NCBI RefSeq assembly: GCF_009914755.1 | Contig: NC_060925.1 | Strand: one strand, 5' to 3' | Source of the DNA: the human T2T-CHM13v2.0 reference genome, Homo sapiens | Length of the DNA: 64,000 nucleotides | Shown: positions 27,620 to 41,805 of the stretch, piece after piece | Numbering within the stretch: position 1 is the stretch's first letter | How the letters are laid out: the number at the start of each line of letters is the position of its first letter | Notes under the pieces: generated by a model | The model's database searches: none | What the model was told of the DNA's origin: nothing | What the model saw: the letters and a program-made list of their open reading frames with translations, nothing else | Program-made: the position numbers and the translations under genes

Positions 27620-29100
27620 TGGGGGTTTCCTCTGGCTCTATCCTTGGTTATTTTCTGTTCTTGCCACACACACACATACACACACTCCATGTATGATCTC
27701 ATCCCATGGCTTGTATGACCAGCCACACCGTGCTAATGATTAGGCAGTCTCTTTCTCTGGCTTTATCCTCTTCCCTGAGCTCCAGTTCTTAATCTCTGCT
27801 TAAATATTCATGGGGCCATTCAGAGGGAACATGATCAAAACAAGATTCTTTCTCTTTCCCTTAAGACACGTGTCCTCCTCTCATACTCTTAATTAATGAC
27901 ATTGTCATCGTCTCATCCTCCTATGCTAGACCCTCCCAAGGTCTCTCTTCAGAAACCTCACTCTGCCTGCCCTTTACTCTCACCAATGTCTAACAAGTCA
28001 TCAAATCCTGTCAGGTCTCCTTTAGATAGCGAGGTTCTTCTGCCTTCTCCCCACTGCTCTACTTGAGGTCAGGTCCTTATCAGCTTGTCTCTCCCTGGAA
28101 GCCTTCTCTCCCCTCCACTTGGGGGAGAGGTGCTCTGCGGGGGCAGTGCCAGCAGAGTGGCCAAGTGTGAAGCTGGAGCCTGAGAGCCCAAGCTCTTATC
28201 CTGGTGTGCCACACAACCTTGGGCAAGTTGTTTAACCTCTTGTGCCTGAGTTTTCTCATCTGAGAAATGGGGATAATAATATTACCTGCTTCTTTGGGCT
28301 ATTATTGTGAAGAATAAATGAATTAATGCATCCAACGTATTTTGAAGAGTGCCTGGCTCAAATGCTGTGTTACCGTGATTGCCATTGAAAACCAGGCATG
28401 TTTACAAAGTGCTTAGCCTAGTGCTGAGGTTTTAGTGAGTACTCAGCAAAGGTTAATATTATTATTAATATTTTTATCTGTGCCCTTTCTTCTACCTCTA
28501 CATTTAAGATCCTTTTTAAATGCTTCCAACTGTATTTTATAATTTATCTCTTAACATCTGTCTCCCTCACTAGACTGTGTACTTCCCCCAGGCAGAACAC
28601 AGACCAGGTCTTAGCCATTGCTATATGCACAGCATTTAGCACATTTGTTAGATGAATAAGTAGGAATAGCAACCAAGGCTTAGCTCCTGATGGGTGTAGG
28701 CACTCTTGATGGTTAATAAGCAAACTCCTTTTAATCTAATTCTGCCTTACTCTCAGGCCTCAAAGCTGATGTTCCTCCTCTGTGTTTTCATGGCACACTG
28801 TGCCTAATTTCTTTTATTGTAAAATGATTGCACTTTAAAGTGATTATCTGTAACTTGTTGCCTCCCTTAATAGATTGTCAATTTCTACAGGGCAGGAAGA
28901 ATGTCTTATTCAGCACTATATGCCCACTGCACAGCACAGTAAGTGACCTGTGATACTCAATTTATATCTGTTGAATAAATGCATGCATGAATTAATTCTT
29001 TCAATGCTCTGAGATAGGAATTAATATTATTGTTCTTTTAACACTGGAGGAAATCCAGAATTAATGAGATAAAATACATTCCCCAAAGCACAGGAAGACA
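27620..29100. mobile_element. Mosaic of L2 and MIR fragments
   Basis: L2 27620-28090; MIR 28160-28400 (ccttgggcaagttgtttaacctcttgtgcctgagttttctcatctg); L2 3' ends near 28650 and 28980. Confidence 0.6.
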
Positions 29101-29144
29101 GGTTGAAGACATATGAAATATGGATATTGAATTTGTAAGCATAT

Positions 29145-29915
<771 letters not shown>

Positions 29916-30320
29916 TATGGATATTAATGCTCCCCCTTTTCTAGGTAGAGAGGGGAGGATGGAAAGGAGAGGGAATGATATTATCGTTGTTTTTCTTTTT
30001 TAAAATAGCTCAACCCTTTTTCAACATGTCAATCACCATTTAAAAAAGGGGAGGGAAGGTTACTGCTGTAGATTAAAAGAAGCTTACGAACTAAACGACC
30101 AAATGTAGTCACCGTTTTTAATATCCTGATTTGAATAAAATGACCATAAAGAAGACAATTGGAGAATTTGAAAATAATAGCATTTCAAATGTGATAACCC
30201 ACTGAATTATATCATACTTTGAATGAGATAGTTTGGCTATTTCTTTTTAGAAATGCATATTTAAGTACGCAGGGACAAAATGACATGATATCTGGGCTTT
30301 GCTTTAAAATATTTCAGCAA

Positions 30321-30612
30321 GGCTGGGCGCTGTGGCTCACGCCTGTAATCCCAGCACTTCGGGAGGCCAAGGCGGGCGGATCATGAGGTCAGGAGATTGA
30401 GACCATCATGGCTAACACGTGAAACCCCGTCTGTACTAAAAACAAAACACGAAAAATTAGCCGGGCGTGGTGGCACATGCCTGTAGTCCCAGCTACTCGG
30501 GAGGCTGAGGCAGGAGAATCGCTTGAAACCTCCGCAGGTTTCACTGAGCCGAGATCGCGCCACTGCACTCCAGCCTGGCGACAGAGCGAGGCTCCGTTTC
30601 AATAAAATAAAA
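30321..30612 (+). mobile_element. Alu (AluSc/Sc8-like) within an L1ME fragment
   Basis: ggatcatgaggtcaggagattgagaccatc, cctggcgacagagc; TSD taaaatatttcagcaa at 30305-30320 and 30613-30628. Confidence 0.93.
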
Positions 30613-31621
30613 TAAAATATTTCAGCAAGAGAAAGGAGTGGGGATAGACAAAACAATGACATGATTATTGAATTACCTTACTTTGAGGTATATTAAAAAT
30701 ATTTCACGGTAAGTTTTTTTTTTTTTCAACTAGCTCGGCCTTGTTAATGGAGAGATTTCAGTCGAAAGATAGAGGTAATAAATCAAGGCTTTTTCTCTAA
30801 AGCTCCAGGTCCTTGCCGAGCTCAGGGAATGGAGGTAAGAATCAATATCTGTGTCCTTATGACTAAGCCTCTCACCAACGGCTCCCCTAGGGGCTTGGTT
30901 TCTTCTTTTAGATTACAATAGCACTGACATTTTAGAAAAGAAAAATAGCCCCACAAAATACTTAACATGCTGGACTTGTTGCTGGCACACGCCCGGAGAG
31001 AATGGAGGAAACGATGGTTGCAGGCTGTGTCTCTCTAGAAGATAGTCTCTCCTTTTTTCCTTAGAATGTGAAAATCCTCTAAAACCCAGAAGAAAAATGA
31101 TACTATCTGCAAAATTTGACCCACAGCAGGTCATGGCTGCTTTTTCTTCTTAAAGGAATAGCTAAATGTAATCGATGTGTATTTGTTTCTGGGGCTGCTC
31201 TGTGCTAGTTCACAATCAGCCAGGGTACAAGGGTAACATTTGCTGCCCCTCCATCTGTTTTCTTGTAGCTAAGACCAGGGCTTGGAAGTTTCAGGGCAGG
31301 CACAGCCATGAGAGAAACAATTTCCATGCTGAGCAGATTACCTGTAAGTGCCTCTCAGCCTCAGCAGCAGGGCTGATTTTCTTCCTCCTGATTACAGTGT
31401 TTTGGCTTTTAGAGGAAATTAGAACCAGGAAGTACTATATTCTCTGTGAAAATGATAAAAGCAGTTTTTTCTGCCTGTGGCGCTAGAAATATAATATGGC
31501 AAAATGCTTATGATGAATGAAATGAATGCGGTTGCTCATGCATAGAAACCCATATGCCCATGTAAAATCAGCGATGTGTATGCATATTAAGACATTACAT
31601 TTATTTTGACAAACACTTTTT

Positions 31622-32468
31622 AAAAAAATTTTATTTACCTTTTAAGTTCCGGGGTACTCGTGCAGGTTTGTTACATAGGTGAACTTGTGTCATGGGGGTT
31701 TGTTGTACAGATTATTTCATCACACAGGTATTAAGCCTAGTATCCACTAGTTATTTTCCTGATCCTCTCCCTCCTCCTACCCTCTTCCCTCCGTTAGGCT
31801 CCAGTGTGTGTTGTTCCCCTCTATGTGTCCATGTGTTCTCATCATTCAGCTCCCACTTATAAGTGAGAACATGCTGGTATTTGGTTTTCTGTTACTGCGT
31901 TAGTTTGCTAAGGACAATGGCCTCTAGCTCCATCATGTCCCCGCAAAGGACATGATCTCGTTCTGTTTTATGGCTGCATAATATATTCCATGGTGTATAT
32001 GTACCACATTTTCTTTATCCAGTCTACCATTAATGGGCATTTAGGTTGATTCCATGTCTTTCCTACTGTGAATAGTGCTGCAGTGAACATACATGTGTGT
32101 GTGTCTTTATAATAGAACAATTTATATTCCTTTTGGTATATACCCAATGATGAAATTGCTGGGTTGAATGATATTTCTGCTTCTATGTCTTTGAGGAATC
32201 ACCACGCTGTCTTCCACAATGGTTGAACTAATTTACATTCTCACCAACAGTGTATAAGCATTCCTTTTTCTCTGCAACCTCACTAGCATCTGTTATGTTT
32301 TGACTTTTTAATAATAGCCATTCTGGCTAGTGTGAGATAGTATCGCATTGTAGTTATGATTTGCATTACTCTAATGATCAGTGATGTTGAGTATGCTTAT
32401 TGGCTGCATAGGTGTCTTCTTTTGAAAAGTGTCTGTTCATATCTTTTGCCCGCTTTTTAATGGGGTTG
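31622..32468 (-). mobile_element. 5'-truncated L1PA (about L1PA13-16)
   Basis: gtcatgggggtttgttgtacagattatttcatcac 3' UTR; TSD gacaaacactt(t/c)tt at 31608 and 32469. Confidence 0.9.
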
Positions 32469-33565
32469 GACAAACACTTCTTGAATACTAATTTACTCTG
32501 AGTGTTGCCTGAAATACTGAGGAAGAAAACCTGATTCTTATTCTCAGGGAGCTGAACATGTGCTCTCAGTTCTTATTCTTCAAAGGTCAGTGCCACAGAA
32601 TATCAGAAAATTCAAGTTTACCTTTTCCCTGAGGGACACTCTGTGCCTCCCCCATCCAAGTCTTTATTGCCATATATAACATCCCTTACTGGTAAGTGCA
32701 TTGACAGGCGGTTCTGGCCAAGGTCAAAGAATCATCTGGAAGAAGATTGCCCCAAGTGTCTTTGACAGAAGGCCAGGCCTGACAGCTGCTTCTTGAAGAA
32801 AGTGTTTGGTTGATCTAATACATACTATTCCCTTCTCTTTGAGATCCACGTGGCTTACTAGCACTTCCATGTCATTCAGATTTTCTACAATAAAGAAAAA
32901 CATTCGACCTAGTGTTTCCCAGACTTATTTGACCTCAGAAGCCTTGCCCAAATAACTCTTTTATTTGTGTTTCATGGAACATCCTTTGGGCAATGTCAAT
33001 CCAGAGGCATCTTGAACCATTGGAATTTTTGGCTCTGGTCTGAATTAAACAGACTAGGAATGTGCCCAAATAGGAACTACTTTTGTCACCTTCTTTGATT
33101 TTTGACTTGCTTAAGGCTAAAATCTAAGAGACTGAAAAGCTTATAAGATCTTTTTAATGAGTATCTTGTTATTTAGCTTTATCCAAGTTAAAAATCCATG
33201 CTTAACTTACCTAAAGCTCTGTTTCAAAGTGCATTGAATGTTAGAGTTGAGAAACTTAAGGCAGGACCATTCACTGTATTGCATAATTCCTTGCGCAGCC
33301 TGTGAGGTGGTTTCCAGGCATGTATTCATAATGTGAACAATGTTCCCTGGCTTTGTGTGACACAGACAACCTGAAGATTTCCTATACATCAGAAGGCTGT
33401 GCCCATGAGTGAAAGGAAGCTGATTAATTTACCTTTGAATCGCTATTGTGTAATACAGTGTCTATTGCATAGTAGGAACTTGATAAATGAATGAATAGAT
33501 TAAGGGATAGTCTAGCTTCAGGTATCATGCTCATTCATTTTTTTCTTCAGGGAAACCAAGAGGTT

Positions 33566-33902
33566 GATGGGGTTCAGGACACACTGAACCACAGAATATG
33601 GTACTTTGGCATATTGAATATTTTAAGCTGAAGGAATTTGAGAAACAGCAGGTGCAGGAAGAACTCTCTGACCTTCCCCTGAAGCAGCCGTAAGAGCCTC
33701 ATGTGGGAGATGCCCTTTCATGACTTGGAGGAAAGGAGCCTTCTTATCTCTGAAGACAGAGGGATACTGAGAGGAATCTGAATGAACAGGCCCTGCCAAG
33801 TTTGCCCCAGTTTACTATACGTAGCTCATACCTTTGTCCTATCACATTCTTCCATGACTGTCCTCTCCATCAAACCTAGAATGTCAATGTTCAGTTTTAA
33901 GC
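33566..33902 (+). mobile_element. MER34-group ERV1 LTR, 3'-truncated
   Basis: tgatggggttcaggacac...ttggcatattgaatattttaagctgaaggaatttgagaaac. Confidence 0.65.
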
Positions 33903-34382
<480 letters not shown>

Positions 34383-35039
34383 ATTTCCCCATTGTAGATA
34401 TTAATGTCACTCTGTCACCATCACAAATGGACTTATATGGTCTCAACTCCCTCTGGGTAATAACAGAACAGTGGGTTTTGTAAGGTGGGAACAAGGAAAC
34501 AGAACAATAGAAAAAACTAGTTAATATCAGGCTACTTCAGGTTACTTTTTTATAAGAGAGCAGAAAAAAACTTCCTTATTATGTTGAAATCTTCTGTTTT
34601 CAGAGAAAACAAAACTAGTCTGTTTTAGGATCTATCTGCTTCCTTAAAATTTCGATTTGATTATATGGCATTTAGCAAGAGTGACTCCATTTTGTTTAGG
34701 TCTGCTTTGTTAGGGCCTAATGCATGAACTCAATCCAAAAAAATGGCCTGCCATAATTTTGTTTAACAATTCCCCCCTTTTGGTCAGGTTCTCACCTAGA
34801 TGTGGGTGTGACAGACTTAGGGCTTTAGCACTACTCTCAGTTACCATCATTTTGAGTTTCCAGTCAACATGTCATTTATAGGTTACAGGGTCCATCCACA
34901 AGATCATGTATTTCTTTGAGTTTTTGCTGTTCCAGTCAAAAGAGACTATTTGGTATTCTATGGATGGCTGCATGGATACATTTCAAACTTTTGAGAGAAT
35001 ACAGCATATCAGGGAGACTACCATTATGACTATCAGGAG

Positions 35040-35500
35040 GATAATAACAATAGTTTGGAGTATGCTCCTTAGCCAGGGTCTCCATGAACCAAACCAACTA
35101 AAGTCAAATAGATCAAAGAATGAGCCAGATAAAAAGTTTACTTGTTTTAATCAAGCAGCTTGTTTGTTAATCTCCTATACTTGTTTTAATCAAGCAACTT
35201 GTTTGTTAATTTCCTACAACTGAGTCTGCATAATACCTGATATATTACTCCTCCATGTACAACAGAAGTGTTGGCAACTACACAGATATTTCTCTGTTTG
35301 GCCAGTAGACAATCTAGAGCAATTTTATTATCTACTACAACTTTAGCAAGAGAATTTAAAGAAATCTGTTGTGCAACCATAGCCTTTGCAGTAGAATCTG
35401 CTCTACTGCATATTATGAGGGATAAATTTCTAACCATTGCCTCATTTATATTTATTCCAAGCCACGGCAAAAGGGATCAAAAAATGATGCCCACTCAGAA
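35040..35500 (-). pseudogene. env: Retroviral env transmembrane subunit remnant
   Basis: ORF 35186-35470: AQQISLNSLAKVVVDNKIALDCLLAKQRNICVVANTS, a heptad repeat plus immunosuppressive-domain-like motif; CX6CC restored by a 1-nt frameshift. Confidence 0.85.
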
Positions 35501-36030
35501 GGACGAAGGTCTCCTGGAAATGTTCTCTTTAACTTATTATATAGGTTAAGAGGAGTGGACAAATGTTCTGTCTAGCTATGAAACAACAAAAATACCATTC
35601 AAATTCCTAGCCCACATTGGTCCTTCATCTACCATCCATCAAGACATAAGGTTGCCCATGTATAAGGTTGACTCTCAAGTCCTCCACAAATAAAAGTGTA
35701 CCCCATGGGCGTACACAAGGTCCCCTTTTCAGTTCAGTTGCTCATAGGGGCAGAAGAAAGGAAAAATTAAGAGAGGTAAGAGTTTGATGATGGCAGAGAA
35801 ATCTTGATCTGGGAAAGCTGGCCATATCTAAGATGCCATTGCTTCTGGGGAGAAATGATTTGTTTTACTGTAAGATTTCCAATGTGTTTACAGTTTCAAG
35901 AGTCTGGAGGGGTCCTTCTAAGTTGTGAGATTACAGACCCAAGGTTTGAGGTCCTGAAGTTTTGCTGCAGTGTGGGTGGCAAGGGTGGTCATTTTCTTAT
36001 GTCATTTCCAGATGACCCAATTTCTGGATT

Positions 36031-36560
36031 CTAGATTGTGAAAGATTTGTCCACGGTCAGTGGATGATGAAAAACTTCCTCTACCGGGTGAAAATACACT
36101 TTGGCATAATACATTAAAGCCATGTAGCATTTAGTTGTAACAGAGGTTAGGAGAGTGGGAGATATATGAGGTTCTATTATTAGGAGCAGAGGCCTTCCAG
36201 TGACTCTTTCATAAGTGGTCAACTTATCTTTTCCACTGCAGGTAGATCTGGTTGTCATCAATCTGCAATGCCTTTGAACAAGGCAATCCAGTTGATTTAG
36301 TTAGCTCTGCCGAATTTTATTGTATCTGTAATACCTCATTTAACTGTTTAACAACTTGTTCAATGAAACAAGTACCTCAATCACTGGAGATTTCTCCCGG
36401 AATGCTTCATAAAGAAAACATTTCCTAATAACTTTTTAGCTACTGTTTAGCATTGGCCTTCCTGCATGGGAAAGCTTCTATACAGTTAGAAAACATGCAT
36501 CAAAAATGGCAATTGAATGAAATTCCTCTATAAATGTTCAAATGGACCATCATGTAGCAG
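36031..36560 (-). pseudogene. pol: Retroviral integrase remnant
   Basis: KLTTYERVTGRP resembles the LSPYEIxTGRP integrase motif; lies upstream of env on the same strand. Confidence 0.6.
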
Positions 36561-37341
36561 AAAGGTACCTGAAGTTTTGATTGTGTGTCTTCTCAGGATT
36601 ATGGGTTTGTCAAACCAGACATTGGTCATAAACCATTTTAGCTATTTAAAACAGTCATCACATCAATTTTTAAAAATATAATTTGGATCATTTTATCTCT
36701 TTCATGATGAGCCATAGAGTTCAGAACTTTTAATAATGGAAGCTTTAAGAACTCAGGAAGGACCAGGTGGTCATGCAGGCTGTCCCTGAGTCCATACTCA
36801 ACATTGGATTTCTATCCTCTTAAATACCAATTTTCTTTCTCCAATTCAGGTGCATAGCACTCTTCATTAGATGGGTTATCATAGGTAATTTGACTTGGAC
36901 CACAAAGTTCATTCAAATTGCATATCAAAACAATTTCAGTACCAGCTAATTTAGCATGAAAATCTGGCAAAGTATTTTCTTGGTGCTCAATTAATTCTTT
37001 TCCTGCTTGAGTTAGGAGTTTTACAAACCAATCGTTAGAGTTTGAGGATTCTTACCCAGTTTGAATGATAAAATCCTACAGTTATCAGAAACCTGTAGTC
37101 AAGAGTGCTTGTCAGGGTCCTTTGTATATTTTTCATAAAACTCCTTGAAGACACACACTTTAGAATTTTACTTACTTACAAAGAGCTTTCAGAAAATGCA
37201 TCAGAATTAAGGAATTAACTGTGGAAATAAGACTTAAGACAGTATAGTTAAAAACACAATTGACAAGGAACTTGCTTATTTCTATGGCCAACAATAATTT
37301 AACATAATAACCATAATTATGACTGATAACATATACCATGT

Positions 37342-37474
37342 GTTTTTTGTTTGTTTGTTTGTTTATTTTAGAGAGAGAGAGAGAGAGAGAGAGAGATGCG
37401 GTCTTGCTATGTTGCCCAGGTTAGCCTCAAAACTCCTGGCCTCAAATGATCCTGTCACCTTGGCATCCCAAAGT
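37342..37474 (-). mobile_element. FLAM / Alu left monomer with (GA)n expansion
   Basis: ggtcttgctatgttgcccaggttagcctcaaaactcctggcctcaaatgatcc; (GA)n at about 37369-37396. Confidence 0.85.
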
Positions 37475-40059
37475 ATAATAAAACATTTACATAAATATAA
37501 CTGAAATGTTAAACATCATTTCTTATTTTATGTTAAACATCATTTCTTATTTTACAATGCTTCCCATATAATTTGACATATTAAATAAGTTGGTTTATTA
37601 TCTCTTTTGGCTGCTTTTGGGGCCCTTTGGAACACCCTAAAGTTAGTTTAAGGTAAAAAAAGACAATTTTAAAGTTTGAAACATGATTTTGGGAAGCCTA
37701 TCAAGAATGTCAAGGGTTTAGAACAATCAGAATAGGATTACAGGTCACTAGAGTCACTAGAGTAAAGTAATAGTCATTCATTTAGCCAAAGTTATAATTA
37801 AAAGGTTTTTAAGAAGCAAACATTTTTACTCTTTAAGAGGAAACTCAGTTTTCCAATCAAAAGATCTAAGAAAGACAATATGAGAATCTGTCTCTCCTTC
37901 TCTCCTTTTTTTATTTTTATTTTTGCAGTTTGCTTAAAAGGTGAACAAAAATCTTTTACTGTCATGTTAATACCACACAAAAATCTTGTTCAAAAGAGAA
38001 AACCAAATTTTACTTTTGTATTAGTGTATTATCAATACCAAAGCTAATTTAAATAATACTTTATAAAATTCATTCTATCTTAGTCAACTTTTGACCACAC
38101 AAGATTTCCATAAACTTTTAATAACCTCTTACAATTTTTTTGTATTCTTTCTTTTCATACCTTTCTATGTTCATTTAGTTTTATCTATATAATTTTTATT
38201 CTTTCAATAGGAAGCAACCTTTAAATAACTTCTAAACTAGACAAATTTTTTTCCCAAATGTACATTTTTATGCCTTTATAACTTTCATAATCAAAAACAT
38301 ATCTCGCTTTTCTTATATACCTTGCATATAGAATTATTTCTTTTAGTTTAGTAGTTTTAATTACATGTGTTAATTTGAATTTTAACTCTTAGTAACCCCA
38401 GTTTCTAGTGACAAGCTGGGAGGTAATTTTGAACTGTTTAATATGACTATTTGTAGATGAAAATCATTTAATAATTCTTTAGAAAGATGTTTCCCCAATT
38501 TTTTCATTATTAATAGATCTAAATATATTTATCTTTTCTATAGCATTTAAAAATAAGATGTCAAAGTACATAAATGTAAACTTACATTTAATAAACAATG
38601 TTTCACTATTTTAGGTTACTTAGAAATTACTCAGACATCTTATGATTATCTGTTACTTAATTTAACATGACTTTAAGATAAATTACTGAAAAGAATTTTG
38701 AAACTATGACACAGTTACCATCCCTAATATCCTCCCCTGTTGGCCTGCCACATGGCACCTAGGATTGCTGCGAAGGACAGGGCTCATCTGGATCCTAAAT
38801 TTACACACCACATATAGAGCACCAGACAGAGGACAGAACTGTGTAGAGGATGCCTGGAGGATTTGACTCCTCTCTGCATGGACAGGAGGCATAGCTGTGT
38901 CAGGGAGGATGGAACCATATCGGGTTTGGCTCTCCCGTGCCCAGGTGCTGTGGCGACACATATGAACCCAGGCTTCACCACGGCTCTCTAGACCCCAGAA
39001 TTGAATTAGAGGACACCCGGGATTTTACTGGGACTATCTAGGATCCAGAAGGCATGAATCATTTTTCTGTTTCTGCACTCCCACCCTGCAGCTTTCCAGG
39101 AGGCACAGACTAGGTCCATATCTCTCTGTGGCTCTGACACATTGAGCTCCTTTTGTTCTAGGAGCCATAGACCTCTCTGCCCTCCTCTTCTTCCACCCAG
39201 CCTGGGCTGTCTCTTTGTGAACCGGAGGAGAGCCTTCTCCCTTCGTATTCTCTAGGACAAATTGGCTATCCTGGGGAGATTTTAGGGTGATTCTGGCTTC
39301 AGTCCTGCCAAATTCTTCCCCAGAGGCAACTAGCACATACCTACTGTAATGTCAAGATATAGAGAAGTTATATGTGATAGATTAAGACATCAAAATTGCA
39401 CCCCAGTTGCACAAGAATTGAGGTATGAGCAAAAAGAGAATGTCCTTTATTTTAAAAAACTTAACACACAACAAAAAAAAGCAGCTGCTGTCTCCTCTCT
39501 CACATGGAAGTAAACTCTGCTGGCCCCAGTCACTCTGTGGTGATACTGCCATTGGATGCGTAGCATGAATAACTGGCTCATTCAGCATTTCTTCCCCACC
39601 ACTTCATTTCTTTATCCTCAAGAGGGTCATTTTCCCTCTTGTTGCTTTTTTTTTTTTTCCTGCCATTCATTGCTTTTGAACCAGTTTGCTTCATCTCAAG
39701 CCATCTCATTCTCACATGAACACACACATCTTACCCAGGTTCTTTTCTGCCTCTAACCTAATTATACCACAAAAATTCTTTCTCTGGACTTGTCATGAAC
39801 TTAAAAGTGGCCCTAATTATAAATGATGGGCATAAGGATGCTCTAATGACATACTTCAAGCTAGGAAAAAGAGAGCCATTAAGTGTGTGGGGAAAATGAA
39901 GATATTAGACTAACAGTCATCACTTGCAAAGTCCTCCAAAGTCCTCAGAAGCCTCCTTCAGAATCTTTGGAAAAGTTTCTCTTCTACCTCTTCATCTTTC
40001 TCTGATTGCAACTGTCCTTCCTCAAGTAGCATTATACAAGATAAGTAAATCCAAATACC

Positions 40060-40430
40060 CATACCATTTTATCTCTGGGAAGGACTTTAGAGATATTTTA
40101 TGCTGAGCAAACTAAGACTCAGAGAAGCAAAGTTATTTGCCAAAGATCACATGGCTAGCCGATGTTAGAGGATTTGTACAAGGCCTCCTTCCTCTGCACT
40201 GAGTGCTCATTCTAAAATTTCATGTTTTCTTCTTATACTTGGATGCTTAATTGTTGAGTCTGATTTAATTATACTGGCGGCTAATCGAATGCATCCATTC
40301 ATTCAGTTAATATTAACTGAGCCTCTACAATGTGCTAGACACTGTTTTAGGCATTGGAGGTTCAGAGGTGAACAGGGTAGACACAGCTCCTGCTCTTGCT
40401 GAGCTGACATACTTTTGGGAAAAACACAAA
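40060..40430 (-). mobile_element. MIR followed by L2 3' end
   Basis: aaactaagactcagagaagcaaagttatttgccaaagatcac; cattcattcag...actgagcctctacaatgtgctagacactg. Confidence 0.65.
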
Positions 40431-41051
40431 GAAAAACAACTAATCAATGCAGTGTATACCATGAAAATTGACAGATTGATAATGGAAATACTCAATAGTA
40501 CTTACTGAGGACAAGCCTCTCAAGTAAATGAAATTTACTTGGCAGTATTTTGGCCAGATTTAGGGTTAAGGGATGTTTGTGGGCTACTCTAAGGATAATA
40601 CAAAAATGTATTCTGAGTTGCAAAGAAGAAACTTAGAAAATGTTGGGACATAGTTTATTTTATAAGGTAAAAATGAAGCTTGTTTCCTGATATATTCCTT
40701 ATGAGGATTTGACCACAGGCATGACACAGAAAGAAGAGTCAATAATGTAGACGATAACCTGAAATTCACAAGAGAATATACTGTCAACATTCCTTCAGGT
40801 GTCTACACACACAGACACAGACTAGCAACATAGCAGAATTCAAAAAGTATTTTCAAAAATCAATACATGGAGAAATTTCCATAAAATTTCAAATATCAAT
40901 AGGTAAAAGAACCATGAGAGAAATATTTACCCTATCTTTTTACTAAAAAGGCAAGACTGGGCTACACACTGTGGCTCGTGCCTATAATCCCAGCACTTTG
41001 GGAAGCCAAGGCAGGAGGATCACTTGAGCCCAGGAGTTTGAGACCAGTCTA

Positions 41052-41584
<533 letters not shown>

Positions 41585-41666
41585 TTAGCACAGGAGTTCA
41601 AGGCTGCTGTGAGCTATGATCATGCCATTGCATTCCATCCTGGAGGACAGAGCAAGATGCTGTCTC

Positions 41667-41805
41667 AAAAAAAGAAAGGAAGAAAGAAAAGCAAGAAAGG
41701 AAGACAGAAAGCAAGCAATCAAGCAAGCAAGAAAGAAAGAGAGAAAGGAAGGGAGGGAGGGAAGGAGGGAGGGAGGAAAGGAGAAAAGGAAGGAAGGAGA
41801 AAAAA
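41667..41805. repeat. GA-rich low-complexity tract
   Basis: AAAG/AAGC/GGAA/GGGA units following the Alu tail. Confidence 0.9.

Larger units (their letters stand above)
34383..39000 (-). mobile_element. ERV1 (MER57/MER4-group) internal region with a second LTR-like segment; 5' LTR not found
   Basis: Polypurine tract at about 34769-34781 on the minus strand, env and integrase remnants, AT-rich MER4-type internal sequence. Confidence 0.75.

Noticed and set aside
33205-33213. Perfect minus-strand donor TAG|GTAAGT
   Set aside because: No strong upstream acceptor found; isolated consensus donors are expected by chance in 64 kb.
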